This document shows positions 24,700 to 38,180 of a stretch of DNA of 64,000 nucleotides, piece by piece. The stretch comes from Podarcis bocagei (Eukaryota): the NCBI GenBank assembly GCA_964188305.1, contig OZ076889.1. One strand, 5' to 3'. The position numbers and the translations under genes are program-made. The notes under the pieces are model-generated. The model was given only the letters and a program-made list of their open reading frames with translations. It did no database searches and was not told where the DNA came from. Position 1 is the first letter of the stretch. Each line of letters starts with the position of its first letter.

Positions 24700-25230
24700 T
24701 CTCCTAATTCAAAGTGCTGGTTTTGGCCTAAAAGGCCTACACAAGCCTTGGGACTTGAAGGGACGCCTCTTTCTGTCTATATGGTGAGCTCATCTATGGG
24801 TGCCCTTTTCCAGGTGCCCCCTCAACCCAAAGTTGTGAGGGTGGTCATGAGAGGGAGAGAGAGGGTCTTTTCAGTGGCAGAAAGTGTTCCCTGCGGAAGT
24901 TTGCCTTCTCTGGCATCCATGTTCTCTTTTTGGCATCAGGCTTAAGACTTTTCTGTTCTCTCAAGCCATTTAATATCATGTGTTTGGTTTTCTTTTTAGT
25001 CCCTGTGATAGTCTTAGTGGTCTTTATGTACTTCTATACTGTATTTGCCGGTTGTTTTTTAGCTCCTGTGGAGTTGTATTGTATTTTATTTTGTTGTTCT
25101 TTTGGCTAGATGTTTAAGTTACAGTCTGATTTTTTATGTTGCTATTATGCTTTTCATTTATTTGCATTATGTCCGGAGAACTTATTTATGAGGCATCTGA
25201 CAAATATAAACAAATATATAATAAATAAAT
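24700..25230 (+). mobile_element. Decayed L2-like LINE 3' end
   Basis: GAGAGGGTCTTTTCAGTGGCAG motif, T-rich 3' UTR and AATAAATAAAT tail; ends approximate. Confidence 0.5.
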
Positions 25231-26929
25231 AATGGTATTACTAATTAGTGAGGAATTGCGTAGAATTTTGCCTGCCCTTCTATCTGCATGTGTAAATTGC
25301 CTAGAGACTTTGAGGGGAAGGGAGAAGGGTGAAGAAGGAAAGAAAAAGGAAATTCAGGAATGAAGCCCCAAATTTGCCTGAGGTATCCAGACTCCTACCA
25401 TGACAACAGCTCTGATCAGAATGTTTAGAGTTGACAAACCAAACCCTCTCACATCAGCAGCCAAAAAGTCTTTATAAAGTTAGCTCAGGCAGAACAGAAT
25501 TCAGACACAAGCAGAGTATTCTTGAAAGCCACGTTGCTATCTCTGCCCAGTCTATCATGCTCCTAAGGCTGCTCTCTATGTCTAAGACTAAGAGGGACCT
25601 AAAGGCCTGGCTCAGAAAGTCAAACAAAGAAGAACAAATCTCTTGCTTAGTGTCAGTCATTAAACAACTCATGGGGCTTACAGAATAACCTAACAAAGTC
25701 CTTACTATGTCACATGAATGGTCTCTCCACGTACCTTGCCTGTGACAGCAATTAGCTTGAGATGACCCTTCGACAAGGCAAACAGCAGAACAGGCCTCTA
25801 CAAGAACACTGAAAGATGTATAGGAAGGTGCCATATGACATACCCATTTGTCCACCTGACTCATTGTCTCCATTACACTGGCTGTGCTCATGCCTCATGG
25901 TCAGCCACAAACATGGAGAACTGCTACCAGTCAGTGGTCCTGTCTGCATGTTGCAGAAAGCCACAAACCATGGCTTACTGTGAACAAGCAGAGTGCTAGT
26001 CCATGCTGCTGAATCACTCCCATTTTACTCCACGCTTCCTCAAACTGGGAGGAACAAACAAGACTTGGCTTACTATGGCATCTGAAGCAGCACTTGTGGG
26101 TTTGCCCCCTGCTCCAAACATACCACAATGGTTAACCAAGGTTTGTTCATTGCTTTCAAATCGTGTTTTGAACAAACCATGAGTGCTGGTTCATATGCCA
26201 TGGGAAGCGAAGGCTTGTGGTTTGTTGCTCCCAGCTTCAGGAGGGCAGCGATTTAGCAGCATGCACTAGCATATGAAAGGGCCCATTGACTGGCAGCAGA
26301 CTGCCAGGGTTTTGGACCTACTTGGAGAAGCAATAGATTGGAGACCTGTCATTAATGTATGTTGTCTGTTTACCCTCTAAACCCACATCACAACCATGTC
26401 TGAATTTTATTCTACTGTGTGGTGGTACAGTGGTTCAAGCTGCTTATACCCCGTTTTGTATTCACTCCTCTTCCATCATTATGCCCAGTGATTTAGCACA
26501 CATTCAGGAAGCACTTTAGGAATTGGTAGGTATCATTCCCTGAGATACCCTAACTCACAACTGGAAGCTAGCCTTGTGAACGGCACTGCATATCTAGGTT
26601 CTTGTCAGTTTTGTGGAACAGCAGGAACTGGGATAAGTTATCTCTACAGTGGGTCTGGGAGGGAAGCAAAGAGTTTCTGACCTACAGAGAAGGAATGAAT
26701 GGGTATGGAATAAAACCAACATATATTTATTTATTTACCTACCTACTTACGACTCAAAATGATGTGTCTAACTGGGGCACAATAAAACCATTCCATAAAA
26801 TGCAAAATAGGTTAAAATACAGATCACAAATCCCAACTGCAACATACACAGATGTCTAATGCCAGAAACAATTTGTGAAGAAGTAAAAATATAGTTGAGC
26901 CTTCATCAGGAAAGACACAGGTTAAAAAA

Positions 26930-27172
26930 GAAGAAGAAGAGTTTGGATTTGATATCCCGCCTTTCACTCCCTTTAAGGAGTCTCAAAGCGGTTAACATTC
27001 TTCTTTCCCTTCCTCGCCCACAACAAACACTCTGTGAGGTGAGTGGAGCTGAGAGACTTCAAAGAAGTGTGACTGGCCCAATGTCACCCAGCAGCTGCAT
27101 GTGGAGGAGCGGAGATGCGAACCCGGTTGCCCAGATTACGAGACTACCGCTCTTAACCACTACACCACACTG
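26930..27172 (-). mobile_element. Young tRNA-derived SINE with (TCT)n tail
   Basis: Minus strand CCAGTGTGGTGTAGTGGTTAAGAGCGG...CCGGGTTCGCATCTCC...TCCAAACTCTTCTTCTT; flanking GGTTAAAA direct repeat. Confidence 0.88.
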
Positions 27173-27885
27173 GGTTAAAAGTCAAATGAGGATGTCCTAA
27201 GGAGTGACCAGCCAGAGGACTGCTGGACCTTTTACTCCCCAAAGCCTCAGAGCTCCGGGAAAGAAGTTATTGGGCTGCCATAGACCCCACAAGCTGACCA
27301 AACTCACTTGGACAAGACTGAACTTCTGGTGCCTATGGCAGATATCATTTGAGGGGACCCCGGCACTGAGAGAGGCAAGGCACAACTCACTAAGAAGGAG
27401 TAGTTGCTGCTGCTCTAATGGCTTCTGGGACTATATTCTCTGGAGAAAGAAATGTAAGGTTTGGGGTCTGGCTCTGTACCAAGGGCCAAAGCTCAGTTTG
27501 GAGTTGACACACTTTACCTGTTTTGTCTTCAACAGGGGCTCCCATCTGAGTGTATCCCCCATGGAACTGATGGATCAAAGGGCATTCCAATGGGCATTCC
27601 CTTTGGACAGCAGGTCAGTCTCCCTCTGTATAAGGCAGGTTCCTATGTATGCCAATATCATAACCTTAGACTTGGCCTGGTAAAGGTAGATGCAATGGAA
27701 AATTTCTTTGGAGCAAAGATGGGATATAAAGGCAGTAAAATAAATACTTTCCGTTTTGTCTACTCACCACACTCCATTTACATCACATGTAAGCCTATTA
27801 TTCCTAGTTTTTCTCTTTTGTCTGCTTCTGAAAGAAAGTTAGTGATTCTCCCACAATCCTCTACTTAGATGAGAGAGACAGAAAT

Positions 27886-28111
27886 CACATCTTCACCATA
27901 TATGGAAAGCACTCTTATAGCAGTCATGGCCTCTCCCTGAAGAATTCTGGGTACTGCAAGTTTGTTGGTGCTGAGTGTTATTAGGAGACCCTTTATAAAG
28001 CAACAATTCCCAGCACCCTTAACAACTACAGTTCCCAGGATTTGGGGGGCGGGGGTAGGCCATGACTGTTAAAGTAGCACAGGAGTGTTTTCAATGTACA
28101 GTATGGATGTG
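27886..28111. mobile_element. Palindromic non-autonomous DNA transposon (MITE)
   Basis: Nested inverted repeats: CAGTCATGGCCT/AGGCCATGACTG and TTCTGGGTACTGCA/TACAGTTCCCAGGA. Confidence 0.6.
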
Positions 28112-29558
28112 AAGAAAAGTAGAGACAAGGAAATGAATGAGACATCTTGCTTCATTCTCTGTTTGGCAGAGTGATCGTTCTATTAAATCTGTTATCAAAA
28201 CTGTGTTTTGCCAATCTTTCCCCACCCACCCCGCCTACACCCTATGCCAATCAGATCTTGCTTGGGCATCTTTGACCTTCAGGGTGCGGCCTTACTGCAT
28301 GAAGCCAAGGACAAGATGGCACCCATCATTCAACATTCAGAAATCAAGCAGGCAGGCAACTAAATTTGTATTTCATCACTAACAACATGACAATGTCCCA
28401 TTGAAGACAGCAGGCTAGTTTTTGGAAGAATAGAGTAGGATATGAGGCACATATATCACTCTGCTGTTCAACAGAGGCGAATTACCTTGGTTGGAAGGGG
28501 CTGCTGCCTCTGCTCCCCGCCCCCAGCACTCAGCAGCTGCCTCTCAAGGCAGCTCCCTTTGCCTAATGGCAGGGCCGGCTGTGGCCTTGAATAAAGCCAC
28601 TGGCCACAAGGTCTTCTCTTCTGCCTTCAGCAGAATATGGGAGCATTATGATTGCAATGTGTGAACGGATCTGACTGAGTGAGCCTACCTCTGGGTAGAG
28701 TACATTATCCAGGATTATCAGGGCAGCATAAGTATTATTGATGTTTGTTTTTAATTCCTTTTTTGCTTTTAACTTGCTTTTAACTTTATGATTTTTTTGT
28801 TTAGTTTTATGATTTTATATTATTATAAACCACTGTGATATATCTTTATCATACAGTGGTATATAAATATTCAATCAATCAATCAATCAATCAAACAAAC
28901 AAACAAACTTGTCCTACTTCATCTTTACAATCACCCTGTAAGGAAGATTAGGTTGAAAGATAATGATTGGCCCAAAGACACCCAGTGAGCTCCTTTCCAA
29001 AGCAGGGATTTGAACATGGGTCTTCTTGGTCCTAGTCTGACACTCTTATCCAGGAGTAGCCAATGTGCCCTCCAATTCTCATCACTGCTAGCTGTGGCTG
29101 ATGGGAGTTGTAGTCCAAAACCTCAAGAGATCATGATGCTGGCTATTGCTTTTCTAAACACTGCACTACACTGGCTATCCATCCATATATTAATACATGC
29201 ACATATACATATCAGCAGTGACACAGTTTACCACTCTAGAAGTCCAAAAACCTGCCGATGTAGAAATGAGTGGAAAGGCAGTAACTCTACCATCGGACTT
29301 GAGCATGACAGGCGCTACCATGATATTACATTGCAAAGGTAACAGAACTGGCACTTTAGGGCCAAAGAAGATGCAGAGTCTTTTCGTTCAGCTAGTGAAG
29401 CGATACAGACATTTGGCCAAAAGTGTTATGAAAAGCTCACTGGGGGAACTTGGGCAAGTCACTGCCTTTCAGCCTAACCTACCTCACAGGGTTGTTGTGA
29501 GGATTAAATGAAATGGGGGGAGAACCATGAACACTACCTTTACCTCTCTGTTAAAAAG

Positions 29559-29686
29559 NNNNNNNNNNNNNNNNNNNNNNNNNNNNNNNNNNNNNNNNNN
29601 NNNNNNNNNNNNNNNNNNNNNNNNNNNNNNNNNNNNNNNNNNNNNNNNNNNNNNNNNNNNNNNNNNNNNNNNNNNNNNNNNNNNNN
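29559..29686. other. Assembly gap (N run)
   Basis: 128 N, directly after a SINE 3' end. Confidence 0.99.
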
Positions 29687-30007
29687 TCCCTCTCTGCTCT
29701 GGCTTCCTTAAAATAAAATAAAAACACAATTCTTGAGAAGGAAGGCATGGGCTCTTATTTTACTGGCCTCTGGCAACCTAAGTGTAGCAGTGGTTGGGTT
29801 AAAAAGCGCTTGACAGAGGAAGATTAAAAACAATCCAAGGAATTTGTTGCAAACTTCCTGGATGGTTCCCCACACGCAGTGGCGTTTTCTTGGCTGCCTG
29901 GCTTATAATCAGCAGAGTGGAATGTTGTAAATTAAATATTTTTAAACAACTTTGCTCTCTCCCTGGTTAAACATTGCAAAGATTGCTCTTTCTTGTCTGT
30001 TTCATGC

Positions 30008-30016
30008 TGGGTGGTC
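30008..30016 (-). promoter_or_regulatory. Consensus GLI-binding motif (distal)
   Basis: TGGGTGGTC = GACCACCCA on minus strand, in non-repetitive sequence; function not shown. Confidence 0.5.
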
Positions 30017-30820
30017 TCCCCCCCCCCCCATTTGCCTGTACGTCTTCCTCAAACACAATTAACCATTTAGATGTTGCACAAAGGATTAGCTTATGCATAC
30101 AAGGCCAGACGCTAGTCCTTTTCCTTGAGGTGGGGGGCGGAAGGGGGGTGGGGGCAAGGAACCAGGGGGCAGATCTTTTACTTTCCGCTAAAATACAAAA
30201 GCCAAGAAAATCCCCTAACCCCTCCAGTTTTCCTTGAATGATAAAGGCCCAATGGCAGGCTCCTCAGCTGCCCTCAAGTGCAGGCCTCACAAGCTCCTTG
30301 CTTTCTTATCTTAATGGTCAGCACTGAAACAGCCTTAAGCATCCCAGTTGATGTGGCACCCAGAAATTCTGGTACCTTATAAACCCGAAGTTTGCCTTAA
30401 CACACTATCTGTTTATGAGCTTTGCCTATCCACTGGTCTGCTGTGCCTGCAACAGTTATTTCTCGACCCACTGCCACTCATATGTGGAGGTAACCTGTAT
30501 TCTCAAAGGCAGATTAATCAGAGGGATGTTAAGAGACAGTGTTCTGAAAAGTGGAGAGTGTCATTCCTCCTCAGGTATACCTACCAAGTACTCACATGTG
30601 TGGACATAGTCTGTTGATGTATAAATATTTGTACCTCTCATGAGAACAGCAAGCCAAACCTGGGAGATGAAGTAAAACCCTGCTACTTCAGGATTAGCCG
30701 CACTCCTTAACTGGAGTTACCAGCACTGGGGAAGAGGAGTATATACAGGTGCTTCCTCTCTTGAGAGCCTGACAATGGCAGAAGAAGCCTCTGTTTGAAC
30801 TTTGGTTTGGCAGCTGTGTT

Positions 30821-31046
30821 GTAGTGTGGTGTAGTGGTTAAGAGCGATAGACTTGTAATCTAGTGAACCTCCACATGCAGCTGCTGGGTGACCTTGGGCT
30901 AGTCACACTTCTTTGAAGTCTCTCAGCCCCACTCACCTCACAGAGTGTTTGTTGTGGGGGAGGAAGGGAAAGGAGAATGTTAGCTGCTTTGATATTCCTT
31001 CGGGTAGTGATAAAGCAGGATATCAAATCCAAACTCCTCTTCTTCT
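30821..31046 (+). mobile_element. SINE, same family as 26930-27172, B-box region deleted
   Basis: Colinear with the 26930 copy except the GGGTTCG...CTC segment after TAGTGAACC is missing. Confidence 0.88.
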
Positions 31047-31341
31047 AAATGACAGCAAGGGGTCAGAAACTGGTGTGCACCCTCACATAGACACACACAT
31101 ATCATGCCAGAGCCATTTCCTCAAGGCCGCTTTCTTGTACTTCTGGCCAGGGAGCAGGGAAAGCAGTTAAGTCCAAAAACATCTACTGTCCAAGCTCTCC
31201 CAAGAAATGCTGAGCACATATGCCCTTCTTCTGGGCTGGAGCAGGCTCTGAGCTCCCTAGTGTACTGCATTTGTAGAGCTGGGACACTGGATACCTGCAT
31301 GTGTCCCTTGTCTGAAGCTGCTGTGCACACTGACTTAATAA

Positions 31342-31476
31342 AACTGTAGAGTTGGAAGGGACCATGATGACCATCAAGTCGAACCCTCTGCAGTGCAGGG
31401 ATCTTTTGCCCAACGTGGGGCTTGAACCCACAACCCTGAAAGTAAGAGCCTCATGCTGTATCAATTGAGCTATCCC
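31342..31476 (-). mobile_element. tRNA-Lys-derived SINE with CR1-like tail
   Basis: GGATAGCTCAATTG...CAGGGTTGTGGGTTCAAGCCCCACGTTGGGC head followed by GGTCCCTTCCAACTCTACA tail. Other copies at ~50744-50877 (+), ~20330-20420 (+), ~46513-46583 (-). Confidence 0.8.
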
Positions 31477-31510
31477 ACTTGGCTGTTGTGCACGTTGACT
31501 TAAATGGCCC

Positions 31511-31702
31511 TGGGCCATAACTCAGTGGTAGAGCCTCAGCTTTGGATGTAAAGGGTTCCAGGTTTAATCCCCAGCATTCCCACATAGGACTGGAAGGGAC
31601 CCCACTGGTAAACCTTATGAGCTGCTGCTTGTCAGGGTGGATAATAAGGATCTAGATGGCTCCATGGCCTGACTAAGTGCTAGGCAACTTCCTACGTTCC
31701 TA
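31511..31702 (+). mobile_element. tRNA-Ala-like SINE (Squam2-like)
   Basis: GGGCCATAACTCAGTGGTAGAGC...CCAGGTTTAATCCCCAGCA head; CTAGATGG...GGCAACTTCCTACGTTCCTA tail. Partial copies at ~23530-23610 and ~45590-45757. Confidence 0.75.
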
Positions 31703-33336
31703 AATGTAGTTCCTGGGATATGTTTGAAAGGCTACCACTCTGGGTTGGCAGCTTAATTAGAGTTGGTATAAATGTATGGCTGCATGTATTCATGTGTATA
31801 TGGATATCTGCACTAAACCTTGTAACTCAAGGTCTGAAACAAAGCATGTGAATTTTGTAATTGATGCTGCAAATTTGCTTAGATATGCGTAATGTGCATA
31901 ATGTTTTGTAGATCCCGTGCTAGAAAGCTCAGTGCCTTGGGATATAATAGAAGCTATGCAGATTTCTAGACCTTCAGCTATAACAACCCTGCAGGTCATT
32001 AAGATGAAGAAAATAATATCTTCCCAGCAATTAGTGTGTTTAGGAAAAGGTATTCACTCATAGCAAAATTACACCGATTAATTGGCAACGCCGCTGGTTT
32101 TGGCCACACACCCAGCAGGGCCAAAAGCACATTGGTAAGATTTGTTTTACATCTAGCTTTAAAATTACATCTAGAGTTTGCTGCTGTGTTCAAACAAGAT
32201 TTTTTAAATTGTCATCTAGTTTTCCAGGCTGGAAAATGGGCATCTCCAGAGACAGAGTGATAAATGCACAATCTGCCATGTTCCCCTGCCCCTCCTGCCA
32301 GAAAGCAGAGTAGCTATTGTATCTTCACTATTCCTAACAGGAATCTCAGCCAGCACATTCATAACTGGTCTGACAAAAATGGGACTCTGATAATATTACA
32401 TTGCTAAACTGGCCTGCCACAAGATAGGCTGGCATATCTATCAGAACACACAGGCTGCATATGACACACCAGAACAAAGATATGGTTGATTTTATTATAA
32501 AAATGTTGGAGTCTCTTGAGCCTCACAGCATTTGGAGAACAATTCTTCTCCGTTGGCTTGTAAATGCAATGCAAATGCAGTTACAGGGTACATTTCTAAT
32601 GAAAGAAATACTTCCCTGAAGAGAACTGAACGCATAAGTCTCCAGGTCTTATAATCACATTTTGAGATGTATGTCAAGAAACTAGATACTACTGAAAGGG
32701 CAGCGCAGATGATAAAAAGTTTCAGTTCCATGAAAATAAAAGGATGAAACAGGGGAGGAGATGGGTCTGCTCCCTGCACCATCCTGTGTGGACCCACTGG
32801 CACTAGAGGCCACCTCCCCTCTCCTGGGCCCCGATGAGAGATCTCTACCTTTAGGCTCTGACGGCCAGTCTACAGGTCTTTTGGGGGAATCAAGCAATCC
32901 GTGAGATTTCCCCACAGCTGGAAACCCCATTACACTAGAAAAGTGTGTCCGTTTGGGCCAAGCTATTTTTTACCACAGTGCAGAGTGCTTTTCTAGATGA
33001 TGCTTGAAGACGAAACACCTGATGTGGCATTGGTAGTCTTGTAGCCCTCATCCTGCCTATTTTAAGAGTACAGCCACATGTAATTGACACATTTTCAAAC
33101 TTGGCCTCATGCAGATCTGCAGGGATGAGAACGGGAAAGGGAAAAAGAGGTAAAGATGTGGCTGTTGCCTCTTTTGATACTCATTTGCCTGCATGGCACT
33201 TTGTGCCAAAGGAAATGTGGTGCTAGTCATGTGTGTTGATAGCAAAGTGTGAGCTCTTTAAGTTTAATGTGGCCATATAATTCCATGTTTAAATTGGACC
33301 TGTTGGTCACATTTGTAGCTCCACCAACTTCAAAAT

Positions 33337-33338
<2 letters not shown>

Positions 33339-33406
<68 letters not shown>

Positions 33407-33408
33407 TG
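33339..33408. repeat. (TC)n(TG)n compound microsatellite
   Basis: Directly visible. Confidence 0.97.
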
Positions 33409-36152
33409 TTACAAGAATGTACAACAGGCATATTGGAAACTGAAGGTGTTTTTTTGGGGGGGGCTGCTTGAGCCCCAGGGCTTTTTGAAGGAGGTACTGT
33501 GAACTACGGCATATCATGGCTTAAGATGGAAATAGGTCACAATAAGTAAAATGATAAAGACAAGATATAACTACAGTACAAGAGCAGCCCACTAGAGAAG
33601 CCACTGCCTTGCAGAGATCTGTGCAGTTGTAGGGACTCAAGAGCTGATGGTTTCCACTTAGAAGAGGATTGAGGCAAGCGGCTGCTAGGATGCAAGGGAG
33701 CAGGAACTAGCCGTGTGAAGGGTGCCTGCTATAAAACACAACTACATTAGCATGAACCCAGAGGAAGCACCTCTGTTACTGGAAGGATGTGTAAGGTGAG
33801 CCTTGTTCAGAGCAGACCCCAGAATCTCACTGCCAGATCACTAGAGGGTTAAATTAAATCAGCTATCTTGTGATTTCTAGAGGAACCATTATTTGGAATT
33901 ATTCATAATTGCACTGCTGCCACACACAGTGACTACATCAAGAGCAAATCTGTGCTTTGATAATCTACTTTTATCTTGCCCCAAACACCTGCAGGTCATA
34001 AAAGGCAAAAAGGAAAAGCCGGTTCCTCCAGCAGTCAGTAGCACTTGCAAGCAGCAGAAAACTTGAATTGAGGACCTCAGTTCTAATCTGCTCATTGAGG
34101 CTTCCCATCCCATCTCACAACACTAAGCAAAACAGGATTATGAAGACAAGGAGATAACATCTGATATAGATATGGGGAGTTATCATGGGAACATAGACCT
34201 TGCAAAAAACTACGATGGCAACTCCTCAATTTACATTTTGTATTCAGGATACTTGCATACAAAAGACAGACATATTGTGTCACCTAAGATCAGCACACCT
34301 TTGTGATTTTACCACACCCTTGTGATTTTCTCAGTAAATTCACTTAGGAGAGTGGGAAAGGTTGATCTTTTCCCAACTGCTGCTTCTATGCGAATACACA
34401 GGCTTAAATGCATGAGAACCATTTCCAGCAAATGCAAGCAATGCACATTTTGTACTTAGCAGACCCCAAAGTTATAGAATGAATCAGAATATGATCTGGG
34501 TTATCTGGCTATGTATGAAGTAGAGCAACATTGGGTTACAGTAGAATAACACAAAGGGGCAAGGAATGAGATTCTCTATTTTTTAAACTAAAATGTTAAG
34601 TTTTTTTTAAATGGAGGTTGCGTTCTGCAGACTTCTGCCCAATCCACTAACCTGAACTTTAGATAGATCTCACAATTTCTGGCAATATCAGTGCTATGTA
34701 GACATAAATCTAAATGCCTTGACTATGTGGGCATGCTTTTGTTTTTTAACCTCCTCACAGGATGTCCCAGAATAGTCCAATATGTTGGTACCTTGAGTTC
34801 TATCGCTAGTTACATTTTAAAAAGATAAGGGGGTGCTGAAGTTTTCTCTGGGTATTTGTGGAACAAAGTTACCCTTCTGCATTCTTTTCCACAAGTGTAA
34901 TGTGACATTAGATGCTGGAGCAGTTCATAAGGACTTAGATGCAGGGTTAACTTGGGCCATATAGGAGGACCAAAGAGCTGCACAGGGCTGCATGTGGAGA
35001 GACAGGCAGCCTTTCATCTTAGACAGCTGCTGCTTCACATCTTTCCATTTGGAGCCAGTTCTTTAATGTGGTTATTTTTAATTTATGAAGGAATGGGCAG
35101 GGTAGGCTTATAATTTTGATTCTCCTGTGTTAAATGGGGAAAAAAATGCTGCTCCCCTTAGGGGAAAAAAAGATCAGGATCATGTTTATCACTTTGTCTA
35201 ATGAAAATGAACTAATATTCCTCTGGGCCAATATCTGGTAGCAGAGACCAAACAACCAGGCTTAGATGTGCAATTTAAGAGTTCTGCTAGTCAGATTCCT
35301 GTGAAACAAACATTTTAAGAAGCGAAGAGCCTCTTTCTGACACAAAAGTTCAAGAACTTGTATTTTGCACCATGATCCTGGAATTGTATTTTGAATTGTG
35401 GTTGACAGGACATGCGTGTTGTTTTAAATAAAACTATTTTGTCTAAAGGGTTAGATGCATACCACTCCACTGGAGCTTCTTTTACAATGTCTATGCTAGT
35501 ATAGTAATATTCACATTTAGATCAATATTTAACCTTCAAGAGGCTTAAGAGATTTTAAACTGGACTCGGGTTTACCATTTCTCTCCTGTCCTCCATCCAT
35601 TAAAAAAAACATTCCCTTGGTTTCATGGAATCCATAATCACTGCATAGTCTCGGTATTCTTACGCAGGGGGTTTATTGCTTTGCTTTGTTGTTGTTTTTA
35701 TTATGTGTTTTTATTTTGTATTTTTATGCTATGAACCACCCTGAGCTTTTCAGATGAAGGGCAGTATACAAATTAATTAAATAAATTAAAGGAATGAATA
35801 ACAAAGTTTAGGGTAGTAAGTGCTAGCAGTTTTTGATGCAATGAACCTAAAAGAGGTGACTAAATGTGGAACTGTAAAACAGTGACATAAAGCACTCAAG
35901 CTTTCAGTTTCTGCCAAAATCAGCAAAGGTAAGGCAAACAGTGACAAAGCACAGGAAATGGTGTACTGCGTGCTCCATCGTCAGGTGAATACTAACAACA
36001 GAACAAAAACCTTCTGAGTGGTCAGGATACACTCTAAGATAGTAAAGGAATGGTAATATATGCCCCGAGGTAAGCCAAAGCTTGCCAAAAATTTAAGATA
36101 AACAACAGGAGTTGGTTCACTAAATGGCTAGCCTGTGGTATATTTTCCTTTG

Positions 36153-36313
36153 NNNNNNNNNNNNNNNNNNNNNNNNNNNNNNNNNNNNNNNNNNNNNNNN
36201 NNNNNNNNNNNNNNNNNNNNNNNNNNNNNNNNNNNNNNNNNNNNNNNNNNNNNNNNNNNNNNNNNNNNNNNNNNNNNNNNNNNNNNNNNNNNNNNNNNNN
36301 NNNNNNNNNNNNN
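36153..36313. other. Assembly gap (N run)
   Basis: 161 N, next to an L2-like tail. Confidence 0.99.
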
Positions 36314-36710
36314 CTGGCTTGGGACTTAAGGTGGCTTACAAAAAAAGTGCAAAATACAGCTAAAACAGAAAAGCTAAAAACACAGAAATCATTAAAAAGT
36401 AATTAATCAATAATATAAAATATGAATAACAACAATAAAAACATCACAGCAGCAGCTCTTTCCTTAAAAACAGGCAGTTCCTAAAGGCCTGTTGGAATAA
36501 AAAGGAAGAGGACAACAGGGAAGGAGCCAGTCTAACTTATTCCAGGAAGAGAATTCCAAAGTCAGGGAGCAGCCACCAAGAAGGCCCTCTCCTGCACATC
36601 TGTGAGGGTGGTGGGACTGAGAGAATGGCCTCCCCCTGAAGATCTCAGGGCCTGGGCAGGTTCATATGAAATAATAGGGTATTGCAGATAGCCTGGGCTA
36701 AGACATTCAT
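36314..36710 (-). mobile_element. L2-like LINE 3' region
   Basis: AGAATTCCAAAGTCAGGGAGCAGCCACCAAGAAGGCCCTCTC is the reverse complement of the L2 'RAFSVAAP.LWN.LP' end; A-rich UTR complement. Confidence 0.7.
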
Positions 36711-37977
36711 ATGCAGGTACTGTTCATCATGTGGAAGCTTGAAAAATATTTGGGTTTACATCTGCACAAGGTGGTTTGATAACATAAGTGGTTTAAGGAT
36801 AAAGTGCTCATGGGTTTATGAGCAAAGCTTAGTTCATATTATATATTCTACCAGGAAGCAAGTGCTTGCAAATGATTTTAAAAACACAATTACCCACCTG
36901 GAAGGGCTCTTTCATGAGCTTTTACTGAATGTATGGTCCCCAAAGCAACTACTTGTGGCCTTATCATTGTGAGACGTCCTTCTTTCTCAGATACATGTAT
37001 ATTCTGGCATTTAATTATAAACCTTGATATAACCTTGCCCTATCTGCTGTATTATGTTGACATGGTGTGATCACAGCTCTAAAAGCTTGTGTGTCTGTGC
37101 ATTTCCATGAATAAGGAGTAAGATCATATGGAGCCAATTCAGATACTGGATTATTGTCACTCAAATATACTTAAGAATTTAAAATTATGTAAGTGTGAAC
37201 ATGTCCTGCAAGCAAACAATCACGCCTTTTGCAGTGAATCCCAAAACTCAGGCATTCATGATTTTAAATACTATTATCCTCCCCCACTTTTTTCCCTTGG
37301 AAGGAGATGAATCCTGATCTGCTTTGGAAGGCATTCCATACTCATGACCACCTTGTTTTTCTGTAGATCTTTCAGTTTTATTATATTATTTTAAGGTGGA
37401 GGCAGCAGACACCTAAACAATTCTCAGTATACTGACTGCTGGGCTAATGTATGTATGGTTTCTGAAATATTTTACCCCCTTTCCCCAACATTCAGCTTGC
37501 CTTTTGAGGGCTGCAGTGATTTGTACTGACAATTTTAGGGATGATAGGCGCAGATGCCTGAGTGAGACTAGTTAATTCAGAATCAAAGTGGATTTTTAGC
37601 AGAGAATATTTTTCTCACTGTGCATCACCTTGCAGTTACTGCTTCTCCTCCCACTGTTATTTAATCGTTTTGTAACATTGCGTAGTTAGCCTTAAGACTG
37701 AATCATCTTGTACTATCTTGCTTTTTTAAGGTACTGGAACCCAGAAAGTTGGCACTTTCATCACAGTGAGATCAGCTAAGCTGTTCTTTTGACTGAGTAC
37801 AATCTGTGTGGTCCCTGCTCCTAGCTTGGTTGGCAACACACAGCATTCACTGGATTTACAGGAACCAATATCACCCTGTGCAAGGCAGCATGCATGTCAA
37901 TGAGGGAGGATATGGCGGGGGGGGGGGGGAGGAGGGAAGAGTCACACAGAGGAAACAGAGAGATGTTCTTGTAAATA

Positions 37978-37987
37978 TTTATTTATT
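37978..37987 (-). terminator. Probable EIF2B3 polyadenylation signal (overlapping AATAAA x2)
   Basis: AATAAATAAA on minus strand ~140 nt after the stop codon, followed by a U/GU-rich tract (tctctctgtttcctctgtgtg). Confidence 0.7.
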
Positions 37988-38127
37988 AAGGTGTAAATAA
38001 GAAGTTAAAAGCTGGAGAGGATACCGGTGTCAACGATGCTAGGAGTCAGATCATGAAACAGGACTGCAGGCTCTAGCCATGCCATAAGCTCAGGCAGCCA
38101 GAAAACCTTCATTTAAATCTGTCAAAT

Positions 38128-38180
38128 TCAGATTTCCATCAGCTGTTCAGTACCCATAATAACTTCATTAATGTGCTTAG
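38128..38180 (-). CDS. EIF2B3: eIF2B gamma subunit, terminal coding exon
   Basis: tctcttacag acceptor, then (S)KHINEVIMGTEQLMEI-TGA, matching the vertebrate EIF2B3 C-terminus (KRVNEVIVGNDQLMEI). Phase matches the previous exon. Confidence 0.93.

Noticed and set aside
31408-31580. Apparent tRNA-Lys and tRNA-Ala genes (also ~50744-50800)
   Set aside because: Degenerate stems continuing directly into SINE bodies and tails; these are SINE heads, not tRNA genes.
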